DNA of 64,000 nt, from assembly GCA_963719515.1 (NCBI GenBank), contig CAVRCJ010000011.1, positions 384,001 to 448,000 on the forward strand, given 5' to 3'. A program made the translations under genes and the position numbers. This document shows positions 1-9,906 of this stretch, piece after piece (within the stretch, counting starts at the first letter, position 1; the number at the start of each line of letters is the position of its first letter). The notes beneath the pieces were generated by a model. It worked only from the letters and a program-made list of their open reading frames with translations. It made no database searches and was not told the origin of the DNA. This DNA comes from an uncultured cyanobacterium. GTDB lineage: Bacteria > Cyanobacteriota > Cyanobacteriia > CAKZMO01.

Positions 1-859
1 GCTCAGCGTGATAGGAGCTGCGGGTCAGCGGCGAAGACACCACCTGCAAAAAGCCCATGTCTTCCCCCGCCACTCGCCAGGCGTCAAACTGCGGCGGCGG
101 GACAAACTCCGTCACCCCAAGATGCTTTTGCGTGGGCTGGAGATACTGCCCGAGGGTCAAGATGTCGCAGTCTACCCCCCTCAAATCCGCCATCGTCTGG
201 CGGACTTCTGCGTCGGTTTCCCCCAGCCCCACCATGATGCCCGACTTACTGTAAACCTGAGGCCTAATTTGGCGCGATCGCTGCAGCAGCTCTAAACTGC
301 GCTCGTAGCTTCCCTGAGGTCTGACGCGGCGATAGAGGCGAGGCACCGTTTCGGTGTTGTGGTTGAGCACCTCGGGCGCAGCCTGCAAGATGGTCTCCAA
401 AGCCGCCCAGTTACCGCACAGATCAGGAATTAACACCTCAATGGTCGTTTTCGGCGACAGGGCGCGAACGGCTTCGATGCAGCGCACGAACTGGGCCGCA
501 CCGCCATCGGGCAGATCGTCCCGGTTTACAGAGGTGATCACCACGTGGTTGAGCCCCAGGCGGCGAACCGCCTCCGCCAGCTGAGTCGGTTCGGCTGGGT
601 CTAGAGCTTGGGGCACTTTCTCGAAGTCAATATCGCAGTAGGGGCAGGCCCGGGTACAGGCTGGCCCCATGATTAGAAAAGTGGCAGTGCCGCGGCTGAA
701 ACACTCGCCAATATTGGGACAAGACGCCTCTTCGCACACGGTGTTGAGGCTCAAATCGCGCAGAATATCTTTGACGCTACCGACTCGCTCCCATTGGGGG
801 GCTTTTACCCGCAGCCAGTTTGGCTTTGACGCTTGAACCACAGTGTCTCGTTTTACCAT
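1..859 (-). CDS. lipA: Lipoyl synthase (3' end runs off the window)
   Basis: Not in the ORF track. Manual translation gives [23 protein letters not shown]...[15 protein letters not shown]...[12 protein letters not shown], with the LipA CX4CX5C and radical-SAM CX3CX2C motifs. Confidence 0.95.
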   Translation of the reverse strand, partial: MVKRDTVVQASKPNWLRVKAPQWERVGSVKDILRDLSLNTVCEEASCPNIGECFSRGTATFLIMGPACTRACPYCDIDFEKVPQALDPAEPTQLAEAVRRLGLNHVVITSVNRDDLPDGGAAQFVRCIEAVRALSPKTTIEVLIPDLCGNWAALETILQAAPEVLNHNTETVPRLYRRVRPQGSYERSLELLQRSRQIRPQVYSKSGIMVGLGETDAEVRQTMADLRGVDCDILTLGQYLQPTQKHLGVTEFVPPPQFDAWRVAGEDMGFLQVVSSPLTRSSYHAE

Positions 860-911
860 CACTTCTGTGCCTATCATAACAACCGTCTTTAGGCCAGACG
901 TAGATCAAAAT

Positions 912-942
912 AAAAAGCACACCGCCAATTCGCAGTGCGCTT
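912..942 (-). terminator. Intrinsic terminator for the 1012-1446 gene
   Basis: Minus strand AAGCGCACTGCG-loop-GCGGTGTGCTTTTT: stem with G-U pairs followed by a U-tract. Confidence 0.6.
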
Positions 943-1011
943 AATACCAACTTGACGAAACTTTGCGGTCTAACTGAATACTGACCAATCTAGACTGCTC
1001 AACGCTACCCT

Positions 1012-1446
1012 CTAGTTGCCCAGCAGGCGCTTCAGCACTAGCCGGTCCGTGGGAGCGAGCTGCTGATAAGATTCAGCGGAGCGAGCCCGTTCGATTAATG
1101 CCTTCAGCCTGTCGCTCGCGTGGTTGCGACCGTGCTCAATGGCAGCCTTACGCCGCTCCGTTTTGCCTACGAACTCTTGGGTCAGCTCCAAGCCATTGAA
1201 GATTGCGAGGGAGGCCGACTCAGCACTCAGAATTGCCCGGTCCAAGTCGAAAGGAAGAGCCACCTGACCAATGGAAGCGATTTCAGCAGTCTGCTCGCCC
1301 AAAGCGCCGTTGCCCATCAGGTCGTCGTCAGCGATGACGGGGGCTGCGATCGCGGGGCTAGCGACGGTAAGGGCAATCAGAGCAGCTGCCAGTAGAGCCT
1401 GTAGCCGCTTCATCAAAGGAGTAAGGAGAGCCATTAATTTCAACAA
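1012..1446 (-). CDS. Secreted hypothetical protein, paralog of 1590-2063 (start uncertain, possibly MKRLQ)
   Basis: Signal-peptide-like N-terminus ending in PAIAA; C-terminal GKTE-R--AIEHGR--A--RL--L--RA motif shared with the neighbour. Confidence 0.7.
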   Translation of the reverse strand: MLKLMALLTPLMKRLQALLAAALIALTVASPAIAAPVIADDDLMGNGALGEQTAEIASIGQVALPFDLDRAILSAESASLAIFNGLELTQEFVGKTERRKAAIEHGRNHASDRLKALIERARSAESYQQLAPTDRLVLKRLLGN

Positions 1447-1589
1447 ATGTTTTTTGTATCGTTATGTATCAATAATATAACAGAAATATTAAGAAATCAA
1501 ACAACTCGTTTACTCGGCGGGCTATTTGCCGGCGTAGAAACATATCGAAGGCGACTCAGCGCCCTCGGAGTGCGCCCTCGGAGTAAGCT

Positions 1590-2063
1590 CTACTCAGACG
1601 CCTGGGACCCAGAGAGTCGTTTTAGGGTCAGCTGGTCAGTATTTGGAAGCTCGTCGAGAGAATCAGCAGCCTCCGCTCGCTTCAGTAGCCCCTGAAGACG
1701 CCCAGTTGCGCGGTCACGGCCATGCTCAATGGCGGCGCTGCGGCCTTCCGTTTTACCTATCTTTTGCTGAGTTTTTTCCAAGCCTTGGTAGATGGCGTCC
1801 GTAGCCTTCTCGAGCGTAGGGGTTGCTTCCTCTAGAGATAAGGATTCGTTAGGAGACGCTTGGGCCAAAGCTACGAGGGCCGTCCCGCCAGCGGTACTTG
1901 GTAATGGCCCATTGGCGGCGATCGCTCCTCCGGCGCTTCCAAGCCATAGCAGCGCCAAGCCGAAAGTCAGGGCTTTAACACTACAGATCATCTCTCGCCC
2001 TACCGCTGTTAGGGTAGACAACAGAGTCAAGACACAGCCGCAGGATTCTCGCCACATAGTCAA
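1590..2063 (-). CDS. Secreted hypothetical protein, paralog of 1012-1446 (start uncertain, possibly MICSVK)
   Basis: Signal-peptide-like segment ending in AIAA; C-terminal ~60 aa clearly homologous to the adjacent ORF. Confidence 0.7.
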   Translation of the reverse strand: MTMWRESCGCVLTLLSTLTAVGREMICSVKALTFGLALLWLGSAGGAIAANGPLPSTAGGTALVALAQASPNESLSLEEATPTLEKATDAIYQGLEKTQQKIGKTEGRSAAIEHGRDRATGRLQGLLKRAEAADSLDELPNTDQLTLKRLSGSQASE

Positions 2064-2137
2064 AGCCGTAAGGATACGCTCCTAGGCTATCGGGAGCGCT
2101 GGGACTGTAACGTCGTTCGAAGGGTAGAGTCTAGCCC

Positions 2138-3217
2138 ATGATGTCCGATTCCGAACTGATGCAGCGCTGCTTGCTGCTGGCTCAGCGAGCCGCCGGGCAG
2201 ACGGCCCCTAATCCTATGGTGGGGGCACTCGTCTTACAAGATGGCGAGATTGTCGGGGAGGGGTTTCACCCCGGTGCAGGCCAGCCCCACGCTGAAGTGT
2301 TTGCCCTCCGAAATGCTGGCGCTAGGACGCAGGGCGCGACAGTCTACGTCAATTTAGAGCCCTGTAATCATCAGGGGCGAACTCCCCCCTGCACGCAGGC
2401 GTTAATCGATGCTGGAGTCGCCCGGGTGGTGGTGGGGATGGCAGATCCCAATCTTGAGGCGAGCGGCGGGGCTGAAAGACTGCGGCAGGCTGGAATCAAC
2501 GTGAGCGTTGGAGTCGAGGAGGCCGCCTGTAGGCGGCTCAACGAGGGGTTCCTGCACCGCATCGCCTCGGGGCGAGCTTTGGGAATCTTGAAATATGCCA
2601 TGACGCTCGACGGCAAAATCGCCGCAACGGGGGGCCACAGCAGCTGGGTGACCGGAGAAGAGGCGCGATCGCGAGTCCATCGGCTGCGGTCTACCTGCGA
2701 CGCGGTGGTAGTGGGCGGCAATACCCTCCGCCACGACAACCCGCGCCTGACGACCCACGGACTGACGGCGCATCAGCCCCGCCGGGTGGTGATCAGCCGC
2801 AGCCTGGACCTGCCCGAAGAGGCCAATCTGTGGAACGTGGCCACGGCCCCCACGCTGGTGTTTACCCAAACGGGGACTCAGCCCAATATCCAAGAGCGGC
2901 TGAGAGCAAAAGGCGTCACGGTGGTCGAACTCAACCCGCCGTCTCCTGCCGCCGTGATGGATTCTCTCACCCAGCAGGGCTGCCTGACGGTGCTCTGGGA
3001 GTGCGGTGGCACCTTAGCCGCGCGGGCGATCGCCGAGGGCGTGATTCAAAAGGTGATGGCCTTTATTGCCCCAAAGATCATTGGCGGACCTACTGCCCCA
3101 ACGCCGGTCGGCAACCTAGGTCTAGAAAAAATGACCGATGCGCTAATCCTAGAGTCAGTCCAGTATCAGCGCATCGGCCACGACTATCTATTAGAAGGCT
3201 ACTTACCCAAGCAGTAG
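2138..3217 (+). CDS. ribD: Bifunctional riboflavin biosynthesis deaminase/reductase RibD
   Basis: PNPMVG, HAE and LEPCNHQGRTPPC deaminase motifs; KYAMTLDGKIA reductase domain. Confidence 0.97.
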   Translation: MMSDSELMQRCLLLAQRAAGQTAPNPMVGALVLQDGEIVGEGFHPGAGQPHAEVFALRNAGARTQGATVYVNLEPCNHQGRTPPCTQALIDAGVARVVVGMADPNLEASGGAERLRQAGINVSVGVEEAACRRLNEGFLHRIASGRALGILKYAMTLDGKIAATGGHSSWVTGEEARSRVHRLRSTCDAVVVGGNTLRHDNPRLTTHGLTAHQPRRVVISRSLDLPEEANLWNVATAPTLVFTQTGTQPNIQERLRAKGVTVVELNPPSPAAVMDSLTQQGCLTVLWECGGTLAARAIAEGVIQKVMAFIAPKIIGGPTAPTPVGNLGLEKMTDALILESVQYQRIGHDYLLEGYLPKQ

Positions 3218-3223
3218 CAAGCC

Positions 3224-3258
3224 AAAAACCTTCGTTTATGCCGGAAAGCGGAGGTTCT
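3224..3258. terminator. Probable terminator between convergent ribD and the small lipoprotein gene
   Basis: AAAAACCTTCGTTT-loop-AAAGCGGAGGTT inverted repeat with an adjacent A-tract. Confidence 0.5.
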
Positions 3259-3332
3259 GAGTAGAGCAAGCGTCGCTTCCCAAACGGGTTTTGTTCAGAC
3301 TGGCTTTGGCTTAGAGCAGTAAAGCGAAAGGT

Positions 3333-3497
3333 CTAGTCACTCTCGACCTCAACCTCAGTCTCTTCCCCTTCAACGACGGGCTCTTCAATACCAGGATCAG
3401 TGTCTACTTCTACCTCGGTTTCTTCAGGCTCGCTGCAAGCGCCGACTAGTAGAGTAGCGCCCAGGACGAACGGCAGTGCCAAATAGCGTAGTTTCAT
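3333..3497 (-). CDS. 54-aa acidic small lipoprotein (not in the ORF track)
   Basis: MKLRYLALPFVLGATLLVGAC-SEPEETEVEVDTDPGIEEPVVEGEETEVEVESD; basic n-region, hydrophobic h-region, lipobox VGAC, AAGGAGA RBS upstream. Confidence 0.8.
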   Translation of the reverse strand: MKLRYLALPFVLGATLLVGACSEPEETEVEVDTDPGIEEPVVEGEETEVEVESD

Positions 3498-3660
3498 CTT
3501 ATGTTTCTCCTTGAAAGTATATCAACATGACAAAAATCATGCTTCTAAGCTTTGCAGAGCTGAGGAAATTCTACGTCCTACCCGAGGAATAGTTCTGCAG
3601 AACCTTAATCTTCCCTGAGATTGGTCTAAAAATAGATTGAGAAAACGAGCTTCACGCGGC

Positions 3661-4146
3661 CTACCGATACAGGTGCTTGACGTAGACGCGGTCACACCGC
3701 TGGGTTTCGACACCCGCAGCGAGGGTATACCCACTGCGCTCATAGAGGGCGAGCGCCCTTTGGAGCACCGTCGCCGTCTCCAGCCAAACTTCTGAGAAAC
3801 CTCTTTGCGCCGCCGCGCTCTCCAACGATTGCAGCAGCAGGCGGCCTACCCCTTGGCCTCGGGCCTCAGGCAGCAAAAACATTTTGCGCAGCTCAACGGC
3901 CTGCTCTCCTCGGGAACAAGGGTGATAGCCGCCGCTGCCAACAACTCGGTCGGCCTGCTCGACCACCCAAAATTCTCCCCCCGTTTCCCAGTATGCCGCT
4001 TCAACCTGAACGGCGTCGTGGTCCGCCCCATCAGCCTCAAAGCCAAGATCAAATTCCTTGAGTACCGCTTCGACGAGGGCGGCAACCGGGCGGCGATCGC
4101 TGGGCCGCCAGTCTCGAATCACAAATCCTCGGTACCGCTGCTGCAT
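3661..4146 (-). CDS. GNAT family N-acetyltransferase
   Basis: ELRKMFLLPEARGQGVGRLLL acetyl-CoA motif A; ALALYERSGY motif B. Confidence 0.9.
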   Translation of the reverse strand: MQQRYRGFVIRDWRPSDRRPVAALVEAVLKEFDLGFEADGADHDAVQVEAAYWETGGEFWVVEQADRVVGSGGYHPCSRGEQAVELRKMFLLPEARGQGVGRLLLQSLESAAAQRGFSEVWLETATVLQRALALYERSGYTLAAGVETQRCDRVYVKHLYR

Positions 4147-4185
4147 AACGCCTAGCCTAGTCGCATCGCAATCTCGGCCAAGTCT

Positions 4186-4800
4186 CTACCAGCCCACCGT
4201 AGAAAAGAAAGGCCGAGACTCTCTAGCCACCTGCTGCTGCTGGTCAGAGAGATCAAGCGCAGTCTTACCGTCTTCTTGGTTCAAAAGGCGAGACTCCGCG
4301 CAAAACGAAGCGGTGCTAAATCCACCGAAGCGCGTAACGGTGCTGGTGCGAAACCGCATGTCAGGGCCGACAAAGCGGAACCGCTCGACAGAACTCATGG
4401 TTTCGTAATCCGTGGTCAGAATCATATTGTCTTGGTCATCGACCTCATAGCGCCCTACAACCGGCACGATCTCTGCATAGCCGCGCTCTCGCAGGAGTCT
4501 GCCCTGTTGGGGGTTGCCCTCGTCGGGCACCAGCGCAAATACAGTAGTTCCCTGATGGTTTTCACCTTCCTTGTCCCACGCCATGGATCCCTCCCAGGCG
4601 ACGTAAGCCCCTCCAATCGCTAGCGTTGGGTCTACGTCATGGAGCTGGCAGATCTCAACTACTTTGGGGTGATCGGAGGGGTAGGTCTCAACTTGAATTT
4701 CCGAATCGCCAGTTTCTGAGCGCCGGAACGGTAGATGGTGAGTCGTTCGCTGCGATCGCCACCGCCCTTCACTCAGGCGGAAAAAATCCATTACGTCCAT
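4186..4800 (-). CDS. cpcS: CpcS/CpeS-family phycobiliprotein (bilin) lyase
   Basis: FFRLSEGRWRSQRTTHHL N-terminus, LLRERGYAE and ERF..F motifs; downstream of cpcG. Confidence 0.88.
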   Translation of the reverse strand: MDVMDFFRLSEGRWRSQRTTHHLPFRRSETGDSEIQVETYPSDHPKVVEICQLHDVDPTLAIGGAYVAWEGSMAWDKEGENHQGTTVFALVPDEGNPQQGRLLRERGYAEIVPVVGRYEVDDQDNMILTTDYETMSSVERFRFVGPDMRFRTSTVTRFGGFSTASFCAESRLLNQEDGKTALDLSDQQQQVARESRPFFSTVGW

Positions 4801-4841
4801 AGTGCCTTAGAAATACGTTGATGTGATGAACAGATACCAAA

Positions 4842-4912
4842 CGGGAGCGGCTTGCCTACAACGTCCTGGGCTCAGGGTAGAACCAGTACGCGCTATAGAC
4901 CCGCCGCTCCCG
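4842..4912. promoter_or_regulatory. Intercistronic stem-loop between cpcG and cpcS
   Basis: Perfect 10-bp inverted repeat CGGGAGCGGC (4842-4851) / GCCGCTCCCG (4903-4912). Confidence 0.45.
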
Positions 4913-4952
4913 CGTCAGAAAGCTTAGGCTTGGGAAGACAAACCCAAATCAG

Positions 4953-5696
4953 CTAGGACTTCTTCCGGTAGGGAACCTTCGCCATGTAGTCCAGATTAGA
5001 CGCCGCGACGCGAGGGGTCGTATCGTTTTGAGCCTTGAGGCTACGGGCCATATCTAGATACAGCGAGGGAGCGCCAGCTTTTGCTTGCTTCTCTTGAGGC
5101 GTAAACCGGCGTACCTGGTTTTGCCAAACGATCTGAGGGAAGCCTAGAATGCCTCTATAGTACTCATCGTAGCGAGGAGACTTGATGTTAAAAGGACGCT
5201 CGCCTTCGGTGCGACCCGGGAGAATCCGGCGGCGCTGGTACGGCACGATGTTGTAGCCGAAGTTTTCCATGTATTCATCGGACTGCAGCAGGGCATCTAC
5301 GAAACCCTGTAGACCCTTGGTGCCGATGACGATAGACCAGGCAATTTTCTCCCGCTCGTTGTAAGGATCGCGGCCCAGAGCGCGCTGGATGCACTGCTCT
5401 ACAAAGCGATAGTTGTTGTTCTTCTCATAAAAGCTGTTTCTGAATGTCTCAGAGAGCATTAGACCTCGGATGAAGTCTCGCACGGTAATCTGACCGTTAC
5501 GCAGCTGGGACTCCAGAATTTTCTCCCGGTCCCACTTGAACGCGTAGAAAAAGAATTGACGGTAAGCAGAGTTAATCAGAGCGTCGATGTCAGATTCTGG
5601 TCGAACGCCCATGGGCTGCTCGTCACCAGGAACCTCGTATCCTTCGACACGCTGGTTTTGACTGCTTGGAGAGTAGCTCAGCAAAGGAAGCGCCAC
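4953..5696 (-). CDS. cpcG: Phycobilisome rod-core linker CpcG
   Basis: [41 protein letters not shown] and [10 protein letters not shown] motifs; hydrophilic C-terminus (CpcG1-type, not CpcL). Start codon GTG. Confidence 0.95.
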   Translation of the reverse strand: MALPLLSYSPSSQNQRVEGYEVPGDEQPMGVRPESDIDALINSAYRQFFFYAFKWDREKILESQLRNGQITVRDFIRGLMLSETFRNSFYEKNNNYRFVEQCIQRALGRDPYNEREKIAWSIVIGTKGLQGFVDALLQSDEYMENFGYNIVPYQRRRILPGRTEGERPFNIKSPRYDEYYRGILGFPQIVWQNQVRRFTPQEKQAKAGAPSLYLDMARSLKAQNDTTPRVAASNLDYMAKVPYRKKS

Positions 5697-5713
5697 TTTA
5701 AAACCTCCGAAAT

Positions 5714-5731
5714 TTTACGAAATCTTACGAA
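5714..5731. promoter_or_regulatory. HLR1-like (RpaB-type) direct repeat upstream of cpcG
   Basis: TTTACGAA-AT-CTTACGAA, 10-bp period, resembling (G/T)TTACA(T/A)(T/A)-N2 repeats. Confidence 0.5.
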
Positions 5732-5934
5732 ATTTAATCTTAATGATAGAGGAGTCTCGGAACCTAAAAGATCTGAATCTGATAAATTCACATAGAGCTT
5801 AACAATCAGTCACAAGTATTAATGAGACCCCTGCTGTTGCAGGCGGAACACCGCGGACGGAACGCCGCCGACAGAATATCGCGCACATTGGAAATGCCGC
5901 AGATACGTCAACACCGTAACTGTAGCAGGCTGAG

Positions 5935-6705
5935 CTACCGCGGTAAGTTTATTTTTGGGACGACATCCCGCGCCCGGACAACGTTGCCAATGATAGCGAT
6001 CGCCGGCGCTGAGAACTCGGTTTCAGCCACCTGAGCCACGATGGTCTTCAGAGTTCCCACTAGCTCTTCCTGCTCGGGGCGCGTTCCCCAACGAATGAGG
6101 GCAATGGGGGTGTCCGGGGGGCGAACGCTCTGGATCTGCGCTGCGATGTAGGCTAGGTTATGAATACCCATATAGATGACGACGGTCTCTGCGCCCTGGG
6201 CGATCGCCTGCCAGTCCACCTTAGGGCGATATTTCCCTGCCGCCTCGTGCCCAGTGACAAACGCCACCGATGAGCTATAGCGGCGGTGGGTGACAGGGAT
6301 ACCCGCGTAAGCTGGGGCGGCAATCCCCGCCGTGATACCGGGCACCACTTCAACCGAAATGCCCGCCGCCACAAGGTCTTCCATCTCTTCCCCACCGCGC
6401 CCAAAGACAAAAGGATCACCCCCTTTAAGCCGCACGACGATGGCGTGGTCCTGAGCCTTTTGAATCAGCAGCTGTGTGGTGTCAGTTTGCTGCAGCGAGT
6501 GGCGTCCCCGACGCTTTCCGGCATCGATACGTTCCGCCGCAGGATTAGCCATGGCCAGAATAGCGGGGCTAACTAAGGCGTCATAGACGACGACATCCGC
6601 ATGCTCGAGCAGAGCTTTACCTTTGAGCGTAAACAATCCTGGGTCTCCTGGCCCTGCACCGACGAGGTAGACTTTACCGACTGGGTTACCTGTTGAGGAT
6701 TGCAT
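5935..6705 (-). CDS. cobA: Uroporphyrinogen-III C-methyltransferase
   Basis: VYLVGAGPGDPGL, VRLKGGDPFVFGRGGEE and VVPGITA motifs; start taken at MQSSTG. Confidence 0.95.
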   Translation of the reverse strand: MQSSTGNPVGKVYLVGAGPGDPGLFTLKGKALLEHADVVVYDALVSPAILAMANPAAERIDAGKRRGRHSLQQTDTTQLLIQKAQDHAIVVRLKGGDPFVFGRGGEEMEDLVAAGISVEVVPGITAGIAAPAYAGIPVTHRRYSSSVAFVTGHEAAGKYRPKVDWQAIAQGAETVVIYMGIHNLAYIAAQIQSVRPPDTPIALIRWGTRPEQEELVGTLKTIVAQVAETEFSAPAIAIIGNVVRARDVVPKINLPR

Positions 6706-6839
6706 GGAAAAGTTATGAGTGGGTTGTAACTTGCGAAGTGGATCAGCCTTCGTTCGGTCCCCTATCCCCGGCGCAAAAAGACCGGACTCAGGGTCCTCTA
6801 GAGTTAAAGGGCGAATACAGAGCACTATCAAAGGCTGGA

Positions 6840-7586
6840 CTAAAGGCTCACAAACTCAGCAATAAGTCCCTCAAACCCAGCACTCTCACTCAAAGTCGGA
6901 GTTGTGCAAATTTCTAGATTAGCGAAGACTTCTCGCAGCTGCTGGACCTGCTGCGCGATCGCTTCTGTAATCCCCCCTGGGAACAAAAAGTACGGCAAAA
7001 CCGTGATACGGCGCTGTCCAGCCCGAACGAAATCGGCAACTTGATCCTTAAGCTGCGGCAGGGTAGACCAGTAGGCCAAGCTTGCACCCAATTGATCTGC
7101 GATCGCGATTGCGTCCTGCATACTTCCGGGGCGGCGACTGCCATGGGATAGGATAATTCGGGCAGCGGGCGCTGCAGGCTGGGCCGCTTCGCGGGTTTGA
7201 AAAAGCTGCTCTAGAGTCGCTCTCATCAGCGGCGATCGCCCCAGATGGGGGGTAAGCTGCACCGTTACTGCCGCAGGGAGTCGGCTCTGGGCCAGCGCCA
7301 CCTCCTGAGGGACGTCCTCGATCACATGCACCCCCGCCAGTAAAAACAAGGGCACCACATGCAGACGCATCGGGACTTGAGGAAGGTGGCTAATCTGCAA
7401 AATTTGCTCATGAAGCGGGCGATCGGCGCATTCTAAAGCCGCCGTTTCAATTAGGGGTGGGGACGCGCCGCGAGCTGACAGCCGCTGGGTGAGCCCATGG
7501 GCAAGCTGCGCTACGGCTTGGGCGGGCCGCGGATCGCGGCTGCCGTGGATGACCAGCAGGAAAACGTCGCGGGGAGGCACAGTCAT
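6840..7586 (-). CDS. Sirohydrochlorin chelatase (CbiX/SirB family, two domains)
   Basis: Two HGSR motifs, PLFLLAGVHV and PYFLFPG; directly upstream of cobA. Confidence 0.9.
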   Translation of the reverse strand: MTVPPRDVFLLVIHGSRDPRPAQAVAQLAHGLTQRLSARGASPPLIETAALECADRPLHEQILQISHLPQVPMRLHVVPLFLLAGVHVIEDVPQEVALAQSRLPAAVTVQLTPHLGRSPLMRATLEQLFQTREAAQPAAPAARIILSHGSRRPGSMQDAIAIADQLGASLAYWSTLPQLKDQVADFVRAGQRRITVLPYFLFPGGITEAIAQQVQQLREVFANLEICTTPTLSESAGFEGLIAEFVSL

Positions 7587-7714
7587 AGGCGAAACAAGCA
7601 GATTAGAGGATTGGGGCTATATCTAGGGTAGCGAAATCCAGGGTAGCGAACGCAGCCCCTTGTCGGTCCAATGGGACACTGCGGAAAAACTTCCGGTGAG
7701 CGCGATTTGCGGCG

Positions 7715-8203
7715 TTAGGCTCTCACATAAAGCGACAGCTCGTTCCATAAGGCCGGAAACTGAGTCCGAATGGGGTCTGCTTTGGCGATCGCCATATCTC
7801 GGTAGTCAAACCCGGGGGCGACGGCCTCACCCAAGAGGCCATAGTCTCCCGATTCTAGGACGGCGGCTTTCCAGTAGCCTCCGGGGACCAGCAGCTGAGG
7901 CACCTCGCCCTGGGCGATGTCCAAGCCAAGCTTGATTTTGCGCAGGGTACCCTCGGGGCTAACCAGGATATAGGTGACGGGCGATCCGGCATGAAAGTAG
8001 TGCATGATGTCGGAGCGGTTTTGGTGCAGATGGTCGATGGGGCGATCGTCGGTGAGCAGGTAGTAGATGGAGGTCATCACCGCCCGGGTCGCTCCCTCTC
8101 GCGCTGTTGTCAGTTCGTCCGTAGCGCGGTAGGTCTCTGAAAAGTAGCCGCCTTCGACATGTTCAACGAGCGATAATGCGTCAATCCAGCGCTGTTTATC
8201 CAT
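7715..8203 (-). CDS. Cupin domain protein (DUF985/Cupin_5 type)
   Basis: HVEGGYFSETYR, TSIYYLL and EAVAPGFDY.D motifs. Confidence 0.9.
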   Translation of the reverse strand: MDKQRWIDALSLVEHVEGGYFSETYRATDELTTAREGATRAVMTSIYYLLTDDRPIDHLHQNRSDIMHYFHAGSPVTYILVSPEGTLRKIKLGLDIAQGEVPQLLVPGGYWKAAVLESGDYGLLGEAVAPGFDYRDMAIAKADPIRTQFPALWNELSLYVRA

Positions 8204-8634
8204 AGATTCAACTCAAGCTATTTTGAAGTCCTACTTGAGTACAGTAGACTCAATCGAAGAGTAGCCTGTGACCGCAACGGCTCGCAAGACGGCCAGTGAA
8301 ATAGTAAAGGAGAGAGGGATGGGATTTATAGAACGGGCGACAACAGCTGCACTGGGCATTGCCCTTGCCGCTGCCGGCAGCCTTGGCGTTAGCAGCACTG
8401 CCTCAGCCCAAAACCAGGATTTCAGCCAGGTCGAAATTGAGACGGTTCCGGTGGCGGAAGACATCTATATGCTGCTGGGAGAAGGGGGGAATATTGGCGT
8501 GCTGGTGGGAGAAGACGGCGTCTTTTTAACTATTAGACAGGAAGTCCCGCGCTGTATGCGCAGCATCAGCGTCGGGATGAAAGGCGCGTGAGCCGTAGGC
8601 GAACAATTAAGGGGTAGTGCGTCACCCCTTAAAA

Positions 8635-8643
8635 TGCTATAAT
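8635..8643 (+). promoter_or_regulatory. Extended -10 promoter for tnpB
   Basis: TGCTATAAT 6 bp upstream of the GTG at 8650, preceded by a TTAAGGGGT/ACCCCTTAA hairpin. Confidence 0.55.
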
Positions 8644-8649
8644 CGAGGT

Positions 8650-9906
8650 GTGTTGACCTTGAACTACTCCTACCGAATTTATCCGTCTCTTGAGCAGGAA
8701 GCCCGCATGGTCTGTTGGCTTAAGATTTGTCGTGGCGTCTACAACTATGCGCTGCGACGAACGAAAGGACTGGATAAAGTCGAGAGGCTGTGCGGCTAAT
8801 GCCTGCTCGCTTCAGTCGGAGTACATCATGGCGGCAGATGCGCCATATCCTGACTACTACAAGCAGCAAAATGCGCTGACTGCGGCTAAGAAGGTTTTTC
8901 CTCACATGAAAGACGTGCAGTCTCAGGTGCTTCAAGAGCCTATTCGCAGGGTAGAGGCAGCATTTGCTGCGAGGAAGGAGAGAGGTCACGGTTTCCCCCG
9001 CTTCAAAAAGTTTGGGCAGTACCGCTCGTTCCTCTTTCCGCAGTTCAAGGAAAACCCGGTGATGGGTAGCCAAATCAAGTTGCCTAAGCTGGGCTCTATG
9101 CGCATCGTTCTGCACCGCCCTATCCTTGATGGGTTTGTGGTAAAGACGGTACGCATCATCAAAAAGCATTCGGGGTGGTACACTACCCGATGCATTAAAG
9201 CCGATGTCAATGTGCCTGAGGCTGTTCCCGTGGGCAGAGTATCGGCATTGACGTCGGGCTCGAGTACTTCCTGTCCACTTCCAACGGCTTGCAGGTAGAG
9301 CGCCCGCGCTTTTTCGGTAAGCTGCACCGCAAGCTTAAATTGCTGCAACGCAGACTGAAGAATAAGCAGCGGGGCTCGAATAACTGCGCCAAGCTGATTG
9401 GAAGAATTGGACGGGTACATGAGCAGATAGCAGCATGTCGCCTTGACTGGCAGTTCAAGCTGGCCCACAAGCTTTGTGACCAGGCCCAGATCATCTTCGT
9501 GGAAGACCTTGACTTTCGCATCATGGCGAAAGGGATGCTGGGTAAACACACACTCGATGCTGGTCTGGGGCAATTCGTGAACCAGGTCTTGCCGTGGGTG
9601 TGCTTCAAGCGCGGTGTCTATTACGAAAAGGTTGACGCCTACGGCACCTCTCAGGAATGTCCTGATTGCGGCGCTGCGGTCAAAAAGTCCATAGGCGATC
9701 GCGTTCATCGGTGTCACGAGTGTGGGTCGCTCAAACCGAGGGATATCGCCGCTGCTCAAGTCATCAACGCCCGTGGAATTTCGGGTATTCAAATTGCCTG
9801 TGGAGCCGAGGTAGCGGGGATGTGGGAAGCCATATCTAGCCAACTGGCTGCGAAGCAGGAAGCTCATCGGGTGACCGATGAAGCCCGCGCTCTATCCGTA
9901 GGATGA
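8650..9906 (+). pseudogene. tnpB: RNA-guided endonuclease TnpB with two frameshifts (~8757 and ~9240)
   Basis: Three frames join into LNYSYRIYP...YNYALR / ERKDW...GFPRFKK / IGIDVGL...IFVEDL...TSQECPDCG...CHECG...RDIAAA (RuvC D-E-D and zinc finger). Confidence 0.92.

Noticed and set aside
8986..9867. 293-aa minus-strand ORF and many other long overlapping ORFs in the track
   Set aside because: Antisense or alternative-frame shadows of well-supported genes, with no recognisable motifs.
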